Assembly: GCA_050008535.1 (NCBI GenBank)
Contig: JBEKML010000001.1
Coordinates: 455,050 to 519,049, forward strand
Source: Minisyncoccia bacterium
GTDB taxonomy: Bacteria; Patescibacteriota; Minisyncoccia; UBA6257; 2-01-FULL-56-20
Length of the DNA stretch: 64,000 bases
Direction of reading: 5' to 3'
This document shows, in pieces, positions 7,426-16,028 of the stretch. The number at the start of each line of letters is the position of its first letter. Position 1 is the first letter of the stretch. The notes beneath the pieces are model-generated. The model did no database searches. It was given only the letters and a program-made list of their open reading frames with translations, and had not been told where the DNA came from. Made by a program: the position numbers and the translations under genes.

Positions 7426-8993
7426 TCGTAGCCCTTATCGTCGCCTACGCGCTCTTAGGGTTTCATATTTATCAATTGCAGCTGGTGAAGGGGGATTATT
7501 ATTTCGCGAAAGCGCAGACCCAGATTTTGGCGTCGCGCGGCGTGAACGGCGACCGCGGGTCCATTTATTTTACCGATAAGGACAAGAGCGCATTGCCGGC
7601 GGCGTTGGAAAAGCAATTTCCCATGATCTACGCGGTTCCCAAAGCGATCGACGATGCCGCGGAAGCCGCCAACACCATGGCGCCCATCCTCGGCATGCCG
7701 GTTTCTGCGCTGCAGAAGATTTTTTCCCGGCCAAACGACGCATACGAACTTCTCACGCGGAAAGCGGACCAGTCGGTTGCCGATCAGGTTACTCAAAAAA
7801 ACATGAAGGGGATCTATGCCGATTTTGAGCCCGCGCGTTTTTATCCTTTGGCGACCACCGCTTCGCAACTGCTTGGCTATGTGGGGCCGAACGCTTCGGA
7901 TACCGGCGAGAGCGGCCACTACGGCATTGAGGGATTTTACGATGATGAACTAGGAGCGGGGACGGACGTCAATCTGACGATCGATCCGAACGTGCAGATC
8001 GAGGCGGAAAAAATTTTGGACGACCTTATTGCGTCGCAGAATGCTACGGGCGGGAGCATCATCGTGGAAGATCCGATGACCGGAAAAATACTCGCGATGG
8101 GGAGCTCCCCCGATTTTGATCCCAATAATTATTCCGCATCTCCCATCGCTGACCTTCTGAATCCGGTGGTGCAAAAAGTCTATGAGCCAGGATCGGTCTT
8201 TAAGGTGCTCACGATGGCGGCCGGCATTGATGCGGGGAAATTGACGCCTACGACGACCTACTACGATTCCGGCACGGTGACGGTGAGCGGGAAAAAACTT
8301 TCCAACTACGACCTTGTGAAGCACGGGCCTTACGGCGTGGCGACGATGACGAACGTGATCGAGCACTCCATCAATACCGGCGCGGTTTTTGCGGAAGGGA
8401 AAACCGGCAACGCCATTTTCGCGGAGTATCTGAAGAAGTTCGGATTGAACGAGAAGACCGGCATTGATCTGCCCGGGGACCTTGCGGGGAATTTGAACCA
8501 ATTAAGCCCGAAGGCGCCGCAAGTGGCGTTCGCGACGGCTGCCTATGGCCAGGGAGTGGCGGTGACGCCGCTTGAACTCATAAATGCCCTCGCAGTGATC
8601 GCGAACGGCGGGAATCTTATGCGGCCGTACGTGAATGCGGCGCTTTCGCCCGGGGTGATCCGCCGGGTGATAAGCACAAGCACTGCGGAACAAGTGACGG
8701 CAATGATGATCTCCGCGGTTGACAAGGCGCAGGTGGCCAATATTGAGGGATATTCGCTTGCGGGGAAGACCGGGACCGCGTTCATTCCTGATCTTGTGCA
8801 TGGCGGTTATACTGACAAGGTGATTGACTCGTACATCGGCTTCGGACCGACCACCAATCCGCGCTTCATCGCGCTCATTAAGATCGATGCGCTGCCGAGC
8901 ACGGCGCTCGCGGCGCAAAGCGTGGTGCCGGCGTTCAAAGAGCTTTCGCAGTACCTGATCAATTATTATAATATTCCTCCGGACCGCCTATGA
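7401..8993 (+). CDS. ftsI: Penicillin-binding protein (class B transpeptidase, FtsI-like)
   Basis: 530 aa. N-terminal TM segment. SVFK (SxxK) active-site motif. KTGT motif (AGKTGTA). PBP dimerisation plus transpeptidase architecture. Confidence 0.85.
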   Translation: MAYRFALLIVALIVAYALLGFHIYQLQLVKGDYYFAKAQTQILASRGVNGDRGSIYFTDKDKSALPAALEKQFPMIYAVPKAIDDAAEAANTMAPILGMPVSALQKIFSRPNDAYELLTRKADQSVADQVTQKNMKGIYADFEPARFYPLATTASQLLGYVGPNASDTGESGHYGIEGFYDDELGAGTDVNLTIDPNVQIEAEKILDDLIASQNATGGSIIVEDPMTGKILAMGSSPDFDPNNYSASPIADLLNPVVQKVYEPGSVFKVLTMAAGIDAGKLTPTTTYYDSGTVTVSGKKLSNYDLVKHGPYGVATMTNVIEHSINTGAVFAEGKTGNAIFAEYLKKFGLNEKTGIDLPGDLAGNLNQLSPKAPQVAFATAAYGQGVAVTPLELINALAVIANGGNLMRPYVNAALSPGVIRRVISTSTAEQVTAMMISAVDKAQVANIEGYSLAGKTGTAFIPDLVHGGYTDKVIDSYIGFGPTTNPRFIALIKIDALPSTALAAQSVVPAFKELSQYLINYYNIPPDRL

Positions 8994-10306
8994 CTTTCAT
9001 AAAACAATTTTTTGTTCGCTTGCTCGGGTGGCATATGCGCCTCCTCGCGCGGCTTACGATCTGGCGCTACCGGCCGGGCATCGTGGGCGTGACGGGGAGC
9101 GTGGGGAAAACGTCCACGAAACTCGCGATCGCGGCGGTGTTGGGTGCTGTGCGCCGCGTAAGGGCCTCCTCGGGCAATATGAACAATGACCTTGGCCTGC
9201 CGCTCGCGATCTTGGGCGACTGGTCGCCGGAGGAATTGCGGCTCGTGAGCCGCGACACGCCGGCAGGCAAAAAACGCCTGCGAAAATTCTTTTTCTGGTG
9301 CAAGGTGATCACGGTCGCCAAATGGCGCATCATCGTAAAATCAAAAGAATATCCGGAGATCCTTGTTTTGGAATACGGCGCGGACCGGCCGGGCGACATT
9401 AAACGTTTATTAAGGATCGCGCGGCCGAACGTAAGCGTGATTACGGCGGTCGGGGAGTATCCGGTGCACGTGGAATTCTACGGGGGGCCGGAAGGCGTGG
9501 CGCGCGAAAAAGGACGGCTTATCGAATGCCTCACTGCGGCCGGCTCTGCCGTTCTGAACTATGACGACGAGACGGTGATGGATCTTGAGCCGCGCACGCG
9601 CGGAAGGGTTTTTACCTACGGTTTCGAGAACGGCGCAGGGGTGCGGATCGCGCGGTTCGAAAATCGCATTGAGGCCGACCGGCCTGCCGGCGTTTCTTTC
9701 AAACTTGAGTGCGCCGGAAATTCGGTCCCGGTGCGACTCGCGAATGTTTTCGGAAAAGCGCAGGCCTATGCTTCCGCCGCCGCGGCCTCGGTCGGTTTGA
9801 TTTTCGGGATGAATCTCGCTAAGATTGCGGAAGCGCTCGGGAATTATCGGTCCGCGGATTCGCGCATGCAGCTCCTGCCCGGGATAAAAGACACTCTTGT
9901 GATGGATGATTCCTATAACGCGAGCCCGCTTTCCATGCACGCGGCGCTTGATACCCTGCGCGATCTTCCCGCGAAACGGCGGGTTGCGGTCCTTGGCGAC
10001 ATGCTTGAGATCGGCAAATATGCGCCCGAAGCGCATGAGCGCGTGGGACGCCTTGCGGCGGGATCGGCGGATGTCTTGTTCACTGTCGGCCCGCGCGCGA
10101 AATTCATTGCGGAAGCCGCGGAAGAACAGGGAATGAAGCGGTCCAACGTTCATTCTTTTGATACGGCCGACGAAGCCGTGGAGCTGTTGCAGACGCTCCT
10201 CAAAAAAGGAGACCTTGTTTTGGTAAAGGGTTCTCATGCGATGGAATTGTATAAAATAGTGGAAGAAATAAAAGCAGTAATGCCGTCATCGTCTAGTCCG
10301 GTCTAG
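8990..10306 (+). CDS. murF: Mur ligase family, probably UDP-MurNAc-tripeptide--D-Ala-D-Ala ligase MurF
   Basis: GIVGVTGSVGKTSTK P-loop typical of Mur ligases. About 440 aa fits MurF. Its 3' end overlaps tRNA-Glu by about 25 nt. Confidence 0.65.
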   Translation: MTFIKQFFVRLLGWHMRLLARLTIWRYRPGIVGVTGSVGKTSTKLAIAAVLGAVRRVRASSGNMNNDLGLPLAILGDWSPEELRLVSRDTPAGKKRLRKFFFWCKVITVAKWRIIVKSKEYPEILVLEYGADRPGDIKRLLRIARPNVSVITAVGEYPVHVEFYGGPEGVAREKGRLIECLTAAGSAVLNYDDETVMDLEPRTRGRVFTYGFENGAGVRIARFENRIEADRPAGVSFKLECAGNSVPVRLANVFGKAQAYASAAAASVGLIFGMNLAKIAEALGNYRSADSRMQLLPGIKDTLVMDDSYNASPLSMHAALDTLRDLPAKRRVAVLGDMLEIGKYAPEAHERVGRLAAGSADVLFTVGPRAKFIAEAAEEQGMKRSNVHSFDTADEAVELLQTLLKKGDLVLVKGSHAMELYKIVEEIKAVMPSSSSPV

Positions 10307-10356
10307 GACGTCGCCCTCTCACGGCGAAAACTCGGGTTCGAATCCCGATGGCGGTA
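10282..10356 (+). tRNA. tRNA-Glu (anticodon CTC)
   Basis: Close resemblance to canonical tRNA-Glu (GTCTAG...GGAC D arm, anticodon loop CTCTCAC, T arm CGGG-TTCGAAT-CCCG). Confidence 0.8.
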
Positions 10357-10361
10357 CAAAA

Positions 10362-10501
10362 GAAGGTGCTGTGGTATTTTTGAAGCCCACTTCGCGCGCT
10401 CCTGCGGCGCGCTCGTTAGTCCTCGGCCGTTCGCGGCCGAGAGGAAAACGGCCGGCCAAGCCGAACGGCCTGCGGGTCTTCAAAAATACCACAGCACCTT
10501 C
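10362..10501. ncRNA. About 140-nt palindromic multi-stem element (24-bp perfect outer stem enclosing three GC-rich sub-hairpins); candidate structured RNA or complex terminator
   Basis: Outer arm gaaggtgctgtggtatttttgaag / cttcaaaaataccacagcaccttc. Inner hairpins GCGCGC-TCCTGCG-GCGCGC, CCTCGGCCG-TTCG-CGGCCGAGG and a GGCCGG...CCGAACGGCC region. Confidence 0.4.
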
Positions 10502-10538
10502 CTTCGTGCTTTTCTATCAAGAGGTTCGAACGGGGGAT

Positions 10539-10567
10539 TTGACAAATTGGCCTCAATGTAATATAAT
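10539..10567 (+). promoter_or_regulatory. Sigma70-type promoter TTGACA-17-TATAAT
   Basis: Exact consensus hexamers about 20 nt upstream of the TTG start at 10588. Confidence 0.55.
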
Positions 10568-10587
10568 TACTCCCAGCGAGGCTCAAG

Positions 10588-11232
10588 TTGAAAACTCCAA
10601 TTTATGCCATTTTGTTTGCTCTCATCGCGACGGCTGCGGTGAGCGCCCAATCGGGCGACCAAAAAGCCACGGGTAGCGTGTGGCTTGACGTGTTCGGCGG
10701 CACACGAGGCGTTGTGGTATACCCGCAGTACGCGTGGAGCGTTCCAACATCGGCGGGGAAGTTTGGCGGCTTCGGTTTCGTGGAAAGCGCTCCCGGCGAG
10801 CTCTTCTTCACCAACCATCTCGTCAATTTCACTCCCAAGGCGGCGTCGTGGTTCACCGCACACGGCGAGATCGGCGGGATCCCGGCCAAGGGCAAGGCGT
10901 TTGTCCAGCTCGGGCCACGGATAAACCTGCACAAGGCCATTCCGAAGCTTGAGAAGGCAATGCCAAGACTTTTCATCGCATACCTCCCTGAACTCCGCGG
11001 GATCAGAACGCGCAATCTGCTCATCTCGGGCGCGACCCGCGAGTTCCCGATCGTCGGCAAGCGTGTCACCGCTTCCGTCGAGGGATACGATCGCATCTTC
11101 AGCGGTCACTCGTACGGCGAGGCATGGCTTCTGTGCCACGTTCGGAATTGGAAGCGCATCACCCCCACCGCCTTCGTCATTCGCGATACCGGCCGATATG
11201 TTGTTTCGTTCGGCGTTCGGATCAAGCCGTGA
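10588..11232 (+). CDS. Hypothetical secreted protein (signal peptide, beta-rich)
   Basis: TTG start with GAGG upstream. N-terminus MKTPIYAILFALIATAAVSAQS is a classic signal peptide. Consensus promoter upstream. The overlapping minus-strand ORF was judged an artefact. Confidence 0.55.
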   Translation: MKTPIYAILFALIATAAVSAQSGDQKATGSVWLDVFGGTRGVVVYPQYAWSVPTSAGKFGGFGFVESAPGELFFTNHLVNFTPKAASWFTAHGEIGGIPAKGKAFVQLGPRINLHKAIPKLEKAMPRLFIAYLPELRGIRTRNLLISGATREFPIVGKRVTASVEGYDRIFSGHSYGEAWLLCHVRNWKRITPTAFVIRDTGRYVVSFGVRIKP

Positions 11233-11268
11233 ACGCAATCCCGGGACCGCGGGCAAACGGTCCACCAT

Positions 11269-11299
11269 GAGCCCACTACCTACAAGACGGAGTGGGCTC
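11269..11299 (+). terminator. Hairpin GAGCCCACT-N13-AGTGGGCTC, probable terminator
   Basis: Perfect 9-bp GC-rich stem after the stop at 11232, followed by an AT-rich stretch. Confidence 0.4.
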
Positions 11300-11328
11300 G
11301 AACATTTTTAACATGGTAAGATTTTAGT

Positions 11329-12105
11329 ATGAGGAAATTGGTGGTGGCGAACTGGAAGGAAAATCCGAAGAGCGAAAAGCAGGCGCTCGTTCTTTTTCGC
11401 GCGGTTGCAAAGATAAGACATCCGAAAAAGATTGAGGTGGCGGTCTGTCCGCCATTCATTTATCTGGAACGGATCGCGGAGATGCGGAAGCGTGGGAGGG
11501 GGCGCGTAATGCTCGGCGCGCAGGACGTGTTTTGGGAAGAGAAAGGCGCCTACACGAGCGAGGTGGGGCCCGCGATGCTCCGGTCGCTCGGCGTGCGGTA
11601 CGTGATCATCGGCCATTCGGAGCGGCGTCGGTGGCTCAAGGAGACCGACGCGATGATCAATAAAAAGATCAAACGTGCGCTTAGAGATGGTTTGCGTGCG
11701 ATCCTTTGCGTGGGTGAGTCGCTTTCGGTGCGAAGAAAGGGGGCCGCGGCCGCAAAAAAATTCGTTGAGGGACAGCTCGCAAAAGACCTGGCGGGGGTTT
11801 CGCGCGCAAAATTATCGCGTCTTGAGGTCGCTTATGAGCCGATCTGGGCCATCGGCACCGGCAGATACGATAGGCCGGAGGATGCCGTGGCGATGGCCGC
11901 CGTCATTAAAAATTTCTTAAAGAAAGCTTTTCGTTTCGCTCCCCGTGTGGTATATGGTGGTTCTGTGTCCAGCAAAAATATCCACAATTATGTACAATAT
12001 AAGGAAATAGATGGTGCCCTTGTCGGGGGCGCCAGCTTGCGCGCGGCGGAATTCAAAAAAATGGTCGTCGCCGTCGCGCGGACAGGAATAAAAAATAAAA
12101 AATAA
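11329..12105 (+). CDS. tpiA: Triosephosphate isomerase
   Basis: VVANWKEN start, IIGHSERR catalytic His region, AYEPIWAIGTG catalytic Glu loop. Confidence 0.92.
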   Translation: MRKLVVANWKENPKSEKQALVLFRAVAKIRHPKKIEVAVCPPFIYLERIAEMRKRGRGRVMLGAQDVFWEEKGAYTSEVGPAMLRSLGVRYVIIGHSERRRWLKETDAMINKKIKRALRDGLRAILCVGESLSVRRKGAAAAKKFVEGQLAKDLAGVSRAKLSRLEVAYEPIWAIGTGRYDRPEDAVAMAAVIKNFLKKAFRFAPRVVYGGSVSSKNIHNYVQYKEIDGALVGGASLRAAEFKKMVVAVARTGIKNKK

Positions 12106-12112
12106 AATTATT

Positions 12113-12868
12113 ATGGATGGTGCAAAAAAATGGTTTTGGATAGTGCTTGATGTGTTTGTTGTGGTTTTGATCGTCAATGTGGTGTTCTTTGTGATGCCGA
12201 TGCTTCAAAGGGTGGGGGATGGGTTCTATCCTTCGCGGACCATTACGGTCTCTGCCGAAGGAAAAACGACGGCGAGTCCCGATCTTGCGGAAATTTCCTT
12301 CTCGGTTGTCACGCAGGGGCAGAATCCCAGCACGCTGTCGGACAATAATAACCAGAAGATGAGCGCGGTCCTGCAATTCGTGAAATCGCAGGGCATCGCG
12401 GATGCAGACATAAAGACCACCGGTTACGATCTTTCGCCGAATTACCAGTGGGATAAAAACACCCAGCGCAACTACATCACCGGCTACACACTGACGCAAA
12501 CCGTGCAGGTGAAGGTGCGCGACTTGAGCAAGGTGGCGTCGGTGATCGGCGGCCTCGCGCCCCTGGGGGTGAATCAGATCGGGGGCGTCACCTTTACCTT
12601 TGCTGATGACGAGAAGGTGCTCATGGTTGCGCGGGCAGATGCGTTTGCGAAGGTGATTACGAAGGCAAAGGAGATGGCATTGGGAGCGGGGACCTCTCTG
12701 GGGAAAATAGTGAACGTGGCGGAGAACAATTATATCCCGGTACCGCGGGCGATGTATTCGGTAGCGAACGAGACGATGGGTATGGGTGGCCCGGCTACGG
12801 CTCCGACGATTCAGGCGGGAACGCAGGAGATTACGGATACCGTAAGCGTCACCTACGAACTTAACTAA
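12113..12868 (+). CDS. SIMPL-domain (DUF541) protein, membrane-anchored
   Basis: N-terminal TM helix followed by VSAEGKTTASPDLAEISFSVVTQ..., which matches the SIMPL/DUF541 pattern. Confidence 0.7.
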   Translation: MDGAKKWFWIVLDVFVVVLIVNVVFFVMPMLQRVGDGFYPSRTITVSAEGKTTASPDLAEISFSVVTQGQNPSTLSDNNNQKMSAVLQFVKSQGIADADIKTTGYDLSPNYQWDKNTQRNYITGYTLTQTVQVKVRDLSKVASVIGGLAPLGVNQIGGVTFTFADDEKVLMVARADAFAKVITKAKEMALGAGTSLGKIVNVAENNYIPVPRAMYSVANETMGMGGPATAPTIQAGTQEITDTVSVTYELN

Positions 12869-12876
12869 TCTCTTCA

Positions 12877-13500
12877 ATGAAACGAAGCGATTGGTGGGCG
12901 ATCGCCATTATTGGAGCGGCGGTGGGGCTTCTCTCTCAGCCGATTTTGGCGAACGTGGCGGGCTCGTTCCATGTTGATCTCACGCTTGCAGTGCGCGTGG
13001 CGATATTCGTCGGTTTTACGATCCTCGCGCCGCTTGCGCTCTTTGTGCTTTACCTCCTGGGAAAGTTGGTGCCAGTACTCTATCAATTCGGGAAATTCGC
13101 GGCGGTGGGGGTGCTCAATACGTTCGTTGACATCGGCGTCCTGAATCTTGAAATCTTGGCGTTGGGGACGCCTGCGGCGTGGCCCTACCGGATCATGAAA
13201 ACGATCTCGTTCCTTGCGGCGACCACGAACAGTTTCCTCTGGAATAAGTTCTGGACGTTCGGTTCGCGCGAGCCGGCCAGTTCTTCGGAGACCATAAAGT
13301 TCTATCTGGTGGCAGTAGGGGGATTCCTCCTGAATGTGGGGGTGGCATCCTACGTTTTCAGCGGCATCGCCGCGCCGGCCTCGATTTCCCCGAACCTTTG
13401 GGCGAACATCGGCGCGCTCGCCGGCGTGGCGGCGGCATTTCTCTGGGATTTCCTGGGTTACAAGTATATTGTGTTCAAAAAGCCCGCAGAGCGGGTATAG
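12877..13500 (+). CDS. GtrA-family membrane protein (polysaccharide-synthesis associated)
   Basis: Four TM helices. QFGKFAAVGVLNTFVDIGVLNL is the GtrA-like signature. Confidence 0.65.
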   Translation: MKRSDWWAIAIIGAAVGLLSQPILANVAGSFHVDLTLAVRVAIFVGFTILAPLALFVLYLLGKLVPVLYQFGKFAAVGVLNTFVDIGVLNLEILALGTPAAWPYRIMKTISFLAATTNSFLWNKFWTFGSREPASSSETIKFYLVAVGGFLLNVGVASYVFSGIAAPASISPNLWANIGALAGVAAAFLWDFLGYKYIVFKKPAERV

Positions 13501-13553
13501 GGCTGGGCTGGGCAAAGCTGGGCCGGGCTGGGCCGGGCCAGCCCGGGCCGAGA
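13501..13553. repeat. Low-complexity GGCTGGGC/GGCCGGGC microsatellite-like tract with an embedded palindrome
   Basis: ggctgggctgggcaaagctgggccgggctgggccgggccagcccgggccg, seen directly. Confidence 0.6.
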
Positions 13554-13554
13554 C

Positions 13555-13583
13555 TTGCACCTTTTTGGGATATCTGCTATAAT
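13555..13583 (+). promoter_or_regulatory. Sigma70-type promoter TTGCAC-17-TATAAT
   Basis: Near-consensus hexamers with 17-nt spacing. Confidence 0.5.
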
Positions 13584-13589
13584 GCCAGT

Positions 13590-13690
13590 GAATGGGTGCG
13601 AGTTTTCCTTAACGACGACGTCGACTGAGGAAAATCCCACACAGTTCTTTTTGGCCAAGAGCCCCTGCAAAGGGGCTTTTGGTTTAATTG
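13590..13690 (+). ncRNA. Candidate ~100-nt small RNA or murB leader: promoter-proximal transcript with an internal hairpin, ending in an intrinsic terminator (AGCCCCU-GCAA-AGGGGCU plus UUUUGGUUUAAUU)
   Basis: Bounded by the consensus promoter and a GNRA-looped GC stem plus U-tract at 13655..13690. Internal hairpin TTTTCCT..AGGAAAA. No convincing ORF, since the only ATG overlaps the -10 box. Confidence 0.35.
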
Positions 13691-13887
13691 AATTTTAATG
13701 CCGATATTCTATACTGATTGCGGAGCCGGCTGGAGAGCACTCATTCAACCACAAAAAGAATTGGAGGTCACCACAGCCGCTCCACTCAGTCCTTTCGTGA
13801 AGCCCCCGTGGGTGTTCCGGTTTGGTGCAGGGGAGAGGCCTGAGTGGAGCGGCGTTTCTTGTGTTCAGTTGCCGGCCCAGAATAACC

Positions 13888-14859
13888 ATGCCAACATTTC
13901 AGGGAAACGTACCGCTTGCGCGTTACAGCAACTACAAGATCGGCGGCCCGGCGCGGTTTTTTTTCGCGCCGAAAAACGAAAAAGAAGTGCGATGGGCCGT
14001 TCAAGAGGCGAAGAAAAAAAAGCTGCCCGTTTTTATTTTGGGCGGCGGGACCAATCTCTTGATCGACGACCGCGGTTTTGACGGGCTCGTCGTGCGGCCG
14101 AACCTTCTTACCCTTAAGGCGCAGGGGACAGAACTCACGGTGGGCGCGGGCGTTTTGATGCGGGACCTCCTCGCCTTTTGCGTGAAAAAATCCCTTTCGG
14201 GCCTGGAGTGGGCGGGTGGGCTCCCGGGAACCGTTGGCGGCGCCATCCGCGGGAACGCCGGCTGTTTCGGCGGCGAGATGAAAGACGCAATAGCGTCGGT
14301 GCGCAGTTTCGACACAAAGACGATGAAGATCATCGAGCGGCCGGCACGACGATGCGCCTTCGGCTATCGCATGAGCATTTTCAAGAAAAAACAGGGGCAG
14401 GAGATCATCCTTTCGGCCACGTTCCGCATGAAAAAAGGGGATAAAAAAAAGATCGCCGCCGCGATCCAGGAAAAGATAATGCATCGCAAAAAGAGCCACC
14501 CGTTGGATTACCCCAATATCGGGAGCATTTTCAAGAACATCCCGCTGCACGCGATCCATAAAAAGGGGAGCGCGCATTACAAAAAAGCCGTGCAGGAAGG
14601 GACGCTCACATTCCGCGGTTCAAAGTTTTCCGTGAAGACCGACCCGTTTCCTGTGATTTCGGCCGCAAAGTTGATCTCCGAAGCCGGCCTTCGTGGCGTA
14701 AGCGTCGGCGGCGCCATGATCTCTGTGAAGCACACGAATTTCATCGTGAACGTTTTGGGCGCGGGGTCCCCGGAGGTGAAGGAGCTTATCCAGCTCGCGA
14801 AGGCCGCCGTGAAACAGAAGTTCGGGTTATTATTAGAAGAGGAGATACAAATCGTTTAA
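13888..14859 (+). CDS. murB: UDP-N-acetylenolpyruvoylglucosamine reductase MurB
   Basis: FAD-binding N-terminus (YKIGGPARFF, ILGGGTNLLIDD) and MurB C-terminal domain. Start at ATG 13888. Confidence 0.85.
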   Translation: MPTFQGNVPLARYSNYKIGGPARFFFAPKNEKEVRWAVQEAKKKKLPVFILGGGTNLLIDDRGFDGLVVRPNLLTLKAQGTELTVGAGVLMRDLLAFCVKKSLSGLEWAGGLPGTVGGAIRGNAGCFGGEMKDAIASVRSFDTKTMKIIERPARRCAFGYRMSIFKKKQGQEIILSATFRMKKGDKKKIAAAIQEKIMHRKKSHPLDYPNIGSIFKNIPLHAIHKKGSAHYKKAVQEGTLTFRGSKFSVKTDPFPVISAAKLISEAGLRGVSVGGAMISVKHTNFIVNVLGAGSPEVKELIQLAKAAVKQKFGLLLEEEIQIV

Positions 14860-14869
14860 CGATGCATCT

Positions 14870-15208
14870 ATGAAAATCAATATTAAAGCGAATCTTGATC
14901 TGACGGCGTCCCTAGGCACTTATATAGACCAGAAGCTTGCCCCGCTTGCGAAGCTCGTGAAGAAATTCGACGAGACCGGCGAGGCGGAGCTTTGGCTTGA
15001 GCTCTCGCGCACGACGCGGCATCACAAAAAAGGAGGAGAGGTTTTTCTCGCGGTTGCGGATCTCCGCTTACCGCGCAAGATCCTCCGTGCGGAGGAATAT
15101 GCCGAGGATGTCCGCAAAGCCATTGACCGCACGAAAGACACCCTGCGGCTGGAAATTGAAAAGTATAAAACGAGGTTTATGGAGCCGAAGCGGGGTCGAA
15201 AAGGTTAA
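14870..15208 (+). CDS. hpf: Ribosome hibernation-promoting factor / RaiA family (short form)
   Basis: 112 aa. MKINIKANLDLTASLGTYIDQKL...EVFLAVADLRLP matches the S30AE/HPF fold pattern. Confidence 0.7.
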   Translation: MKINIKANLDLTASLGTYIDQKLAPLAKLVKKFDETGEAELWLELSRTTRHHKKGGEVFLAVADLRLPRKILRAEEYAEDVRKAIDRTKDTLRLEIEKYKTRFMEPKRGRKG

Positions 15209-15488
15209 ATTATAAAAAAAGGAGGGGGGTCGTGCCGTTGCGAGCGCGTCCCCCCAGGATCCTTGTCAGCTCCATAAAGCTTCTCCCGGGGTACCACAGG
15301 GCCAGGGGAAACTACAGCTGACGATGACGGACTAAGTTCAGTGTACCAGGGCCACCTCAAAAGTCAAGAAGTTGACGTGGTTCACTGAATTTGTTGTTGT
15401 AAGTGGTAAAAAGTGGCTGGCGGCCAAGAAGCGCAACCTCCCCAACCGCCAGCCCAACTACGTTACAAGGTTGGATTCACCGATCCCG

Positions 15489-16028
15489 CTAGTGGGACCA
15501 AGCGATCTGCCCCCGGTAACCAGTTGCAGCCCGCAGTTGGCCATCGATTCCTGCGTTGAACCGGAGATTGCCGATCCCCGCCATGGTGTTGTTTGTGCCC
15601 TTGAGCACATTCAACCCAATAGCGAGAAACCGCCAATGCCCCCCGCGTCGGTATAGATTCCGACTGAGCATACCCAAGCCGGCATTCAGAGCGACGTTCG
15701 CCGCAACAACGGCGCCCGCGTTCCTTTTGCCAACAATGGATCCTGCCCAACCGTTCTCTACGCCGGAGAAGCGCCCCAAGACGGTGTTACCCGCCCCAAG
15801 CGCCACCGTGGGATGATTCAACACCTTGAGGGTGCTGATCATATCCAATGCCGTCCCAAAACCGAGATACCACTCAGAAGTCCTAAAGAGGATATCCAGT
15901 TTCCTGGATCCCTCCCTTGGCTCCTGTAGGGTCCTCGTTTGGAATTGCTGGATTTGAGCACGAGCGGGTGATGTCGCCATCACCAGTAAAACTCCCAATC
16001 CAGCACAGGTCTTGATGTGTGGTACCAC
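15489..16028 (-). CDS. Hypothetical secreted Gly/Ala/Asn-rich protein (GTG start, strong RBS, signal peptide)
   Basis: AAGGAGGTG lies 7 nt upstream of the GTG. VVPHIKTCAGLGVLLVMATSPARA|Q is a signal peptide with an AxA site. Codon usage is more AT-rich than the neighbouring genes. Confidence 0.45.
   Translation of the reverse strand: MVPHIKTCAGLGVLLVMATSPARAQIQQFQTRTLQEPREGSRKLDILFRTSEWYLGFGTALDMISTLKVLNHPTVALGAGNTVLGRFSGVENGWAGSIVGKRNAGAVVAANVALNAGLGMLSRNLYRRGGHWRFLAIGLNVLKGTNNTMAGIGNLRFNAGIDGQLRAATGYRGQIAWSH

Noticed and set aside
9410-10237. 275-aa minus ORF
   Set aside because: Antisense to murF.
10567-11268. 233-aa minus-strand ORF overlapping the 10588..11232 gene
   Set aside because: The plus-strand frame has a consensus promoter, an RBS and a clean signal peptide. 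The minus ORF has none of these and is Arg/Gly-rich.
12053-12877. 274-aa minus ORF
   Set aside because: Antisense to the SIMPL-domain gene. Arg/His-rich.
13582-13686. 34-codon ORF MPVNGCEFSLTTTSTEENPTQFFLAKSPCKGAFGLIEF in the candidate sRNA
   Set aside because: Its ATG overlaps the -10 hexamer, so it would lie upstream of the predicted transcription start. No RBS. Kept only as an unlikely alternative.
13786-14577. 263-aa minus ORF
   Set aside because: Antisense to murB.
15209-15488. Possible SRP RNA, tmRNA, 6S or RNase P RNA in the hpf-downstream gap
   Set aside because: None of the conserved motifs (SRP domain IV GGAAGCAGCC-like, tmRNA tag reading frame, RNase P P4) could be found by eye. 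Left as an unexplained structured region.
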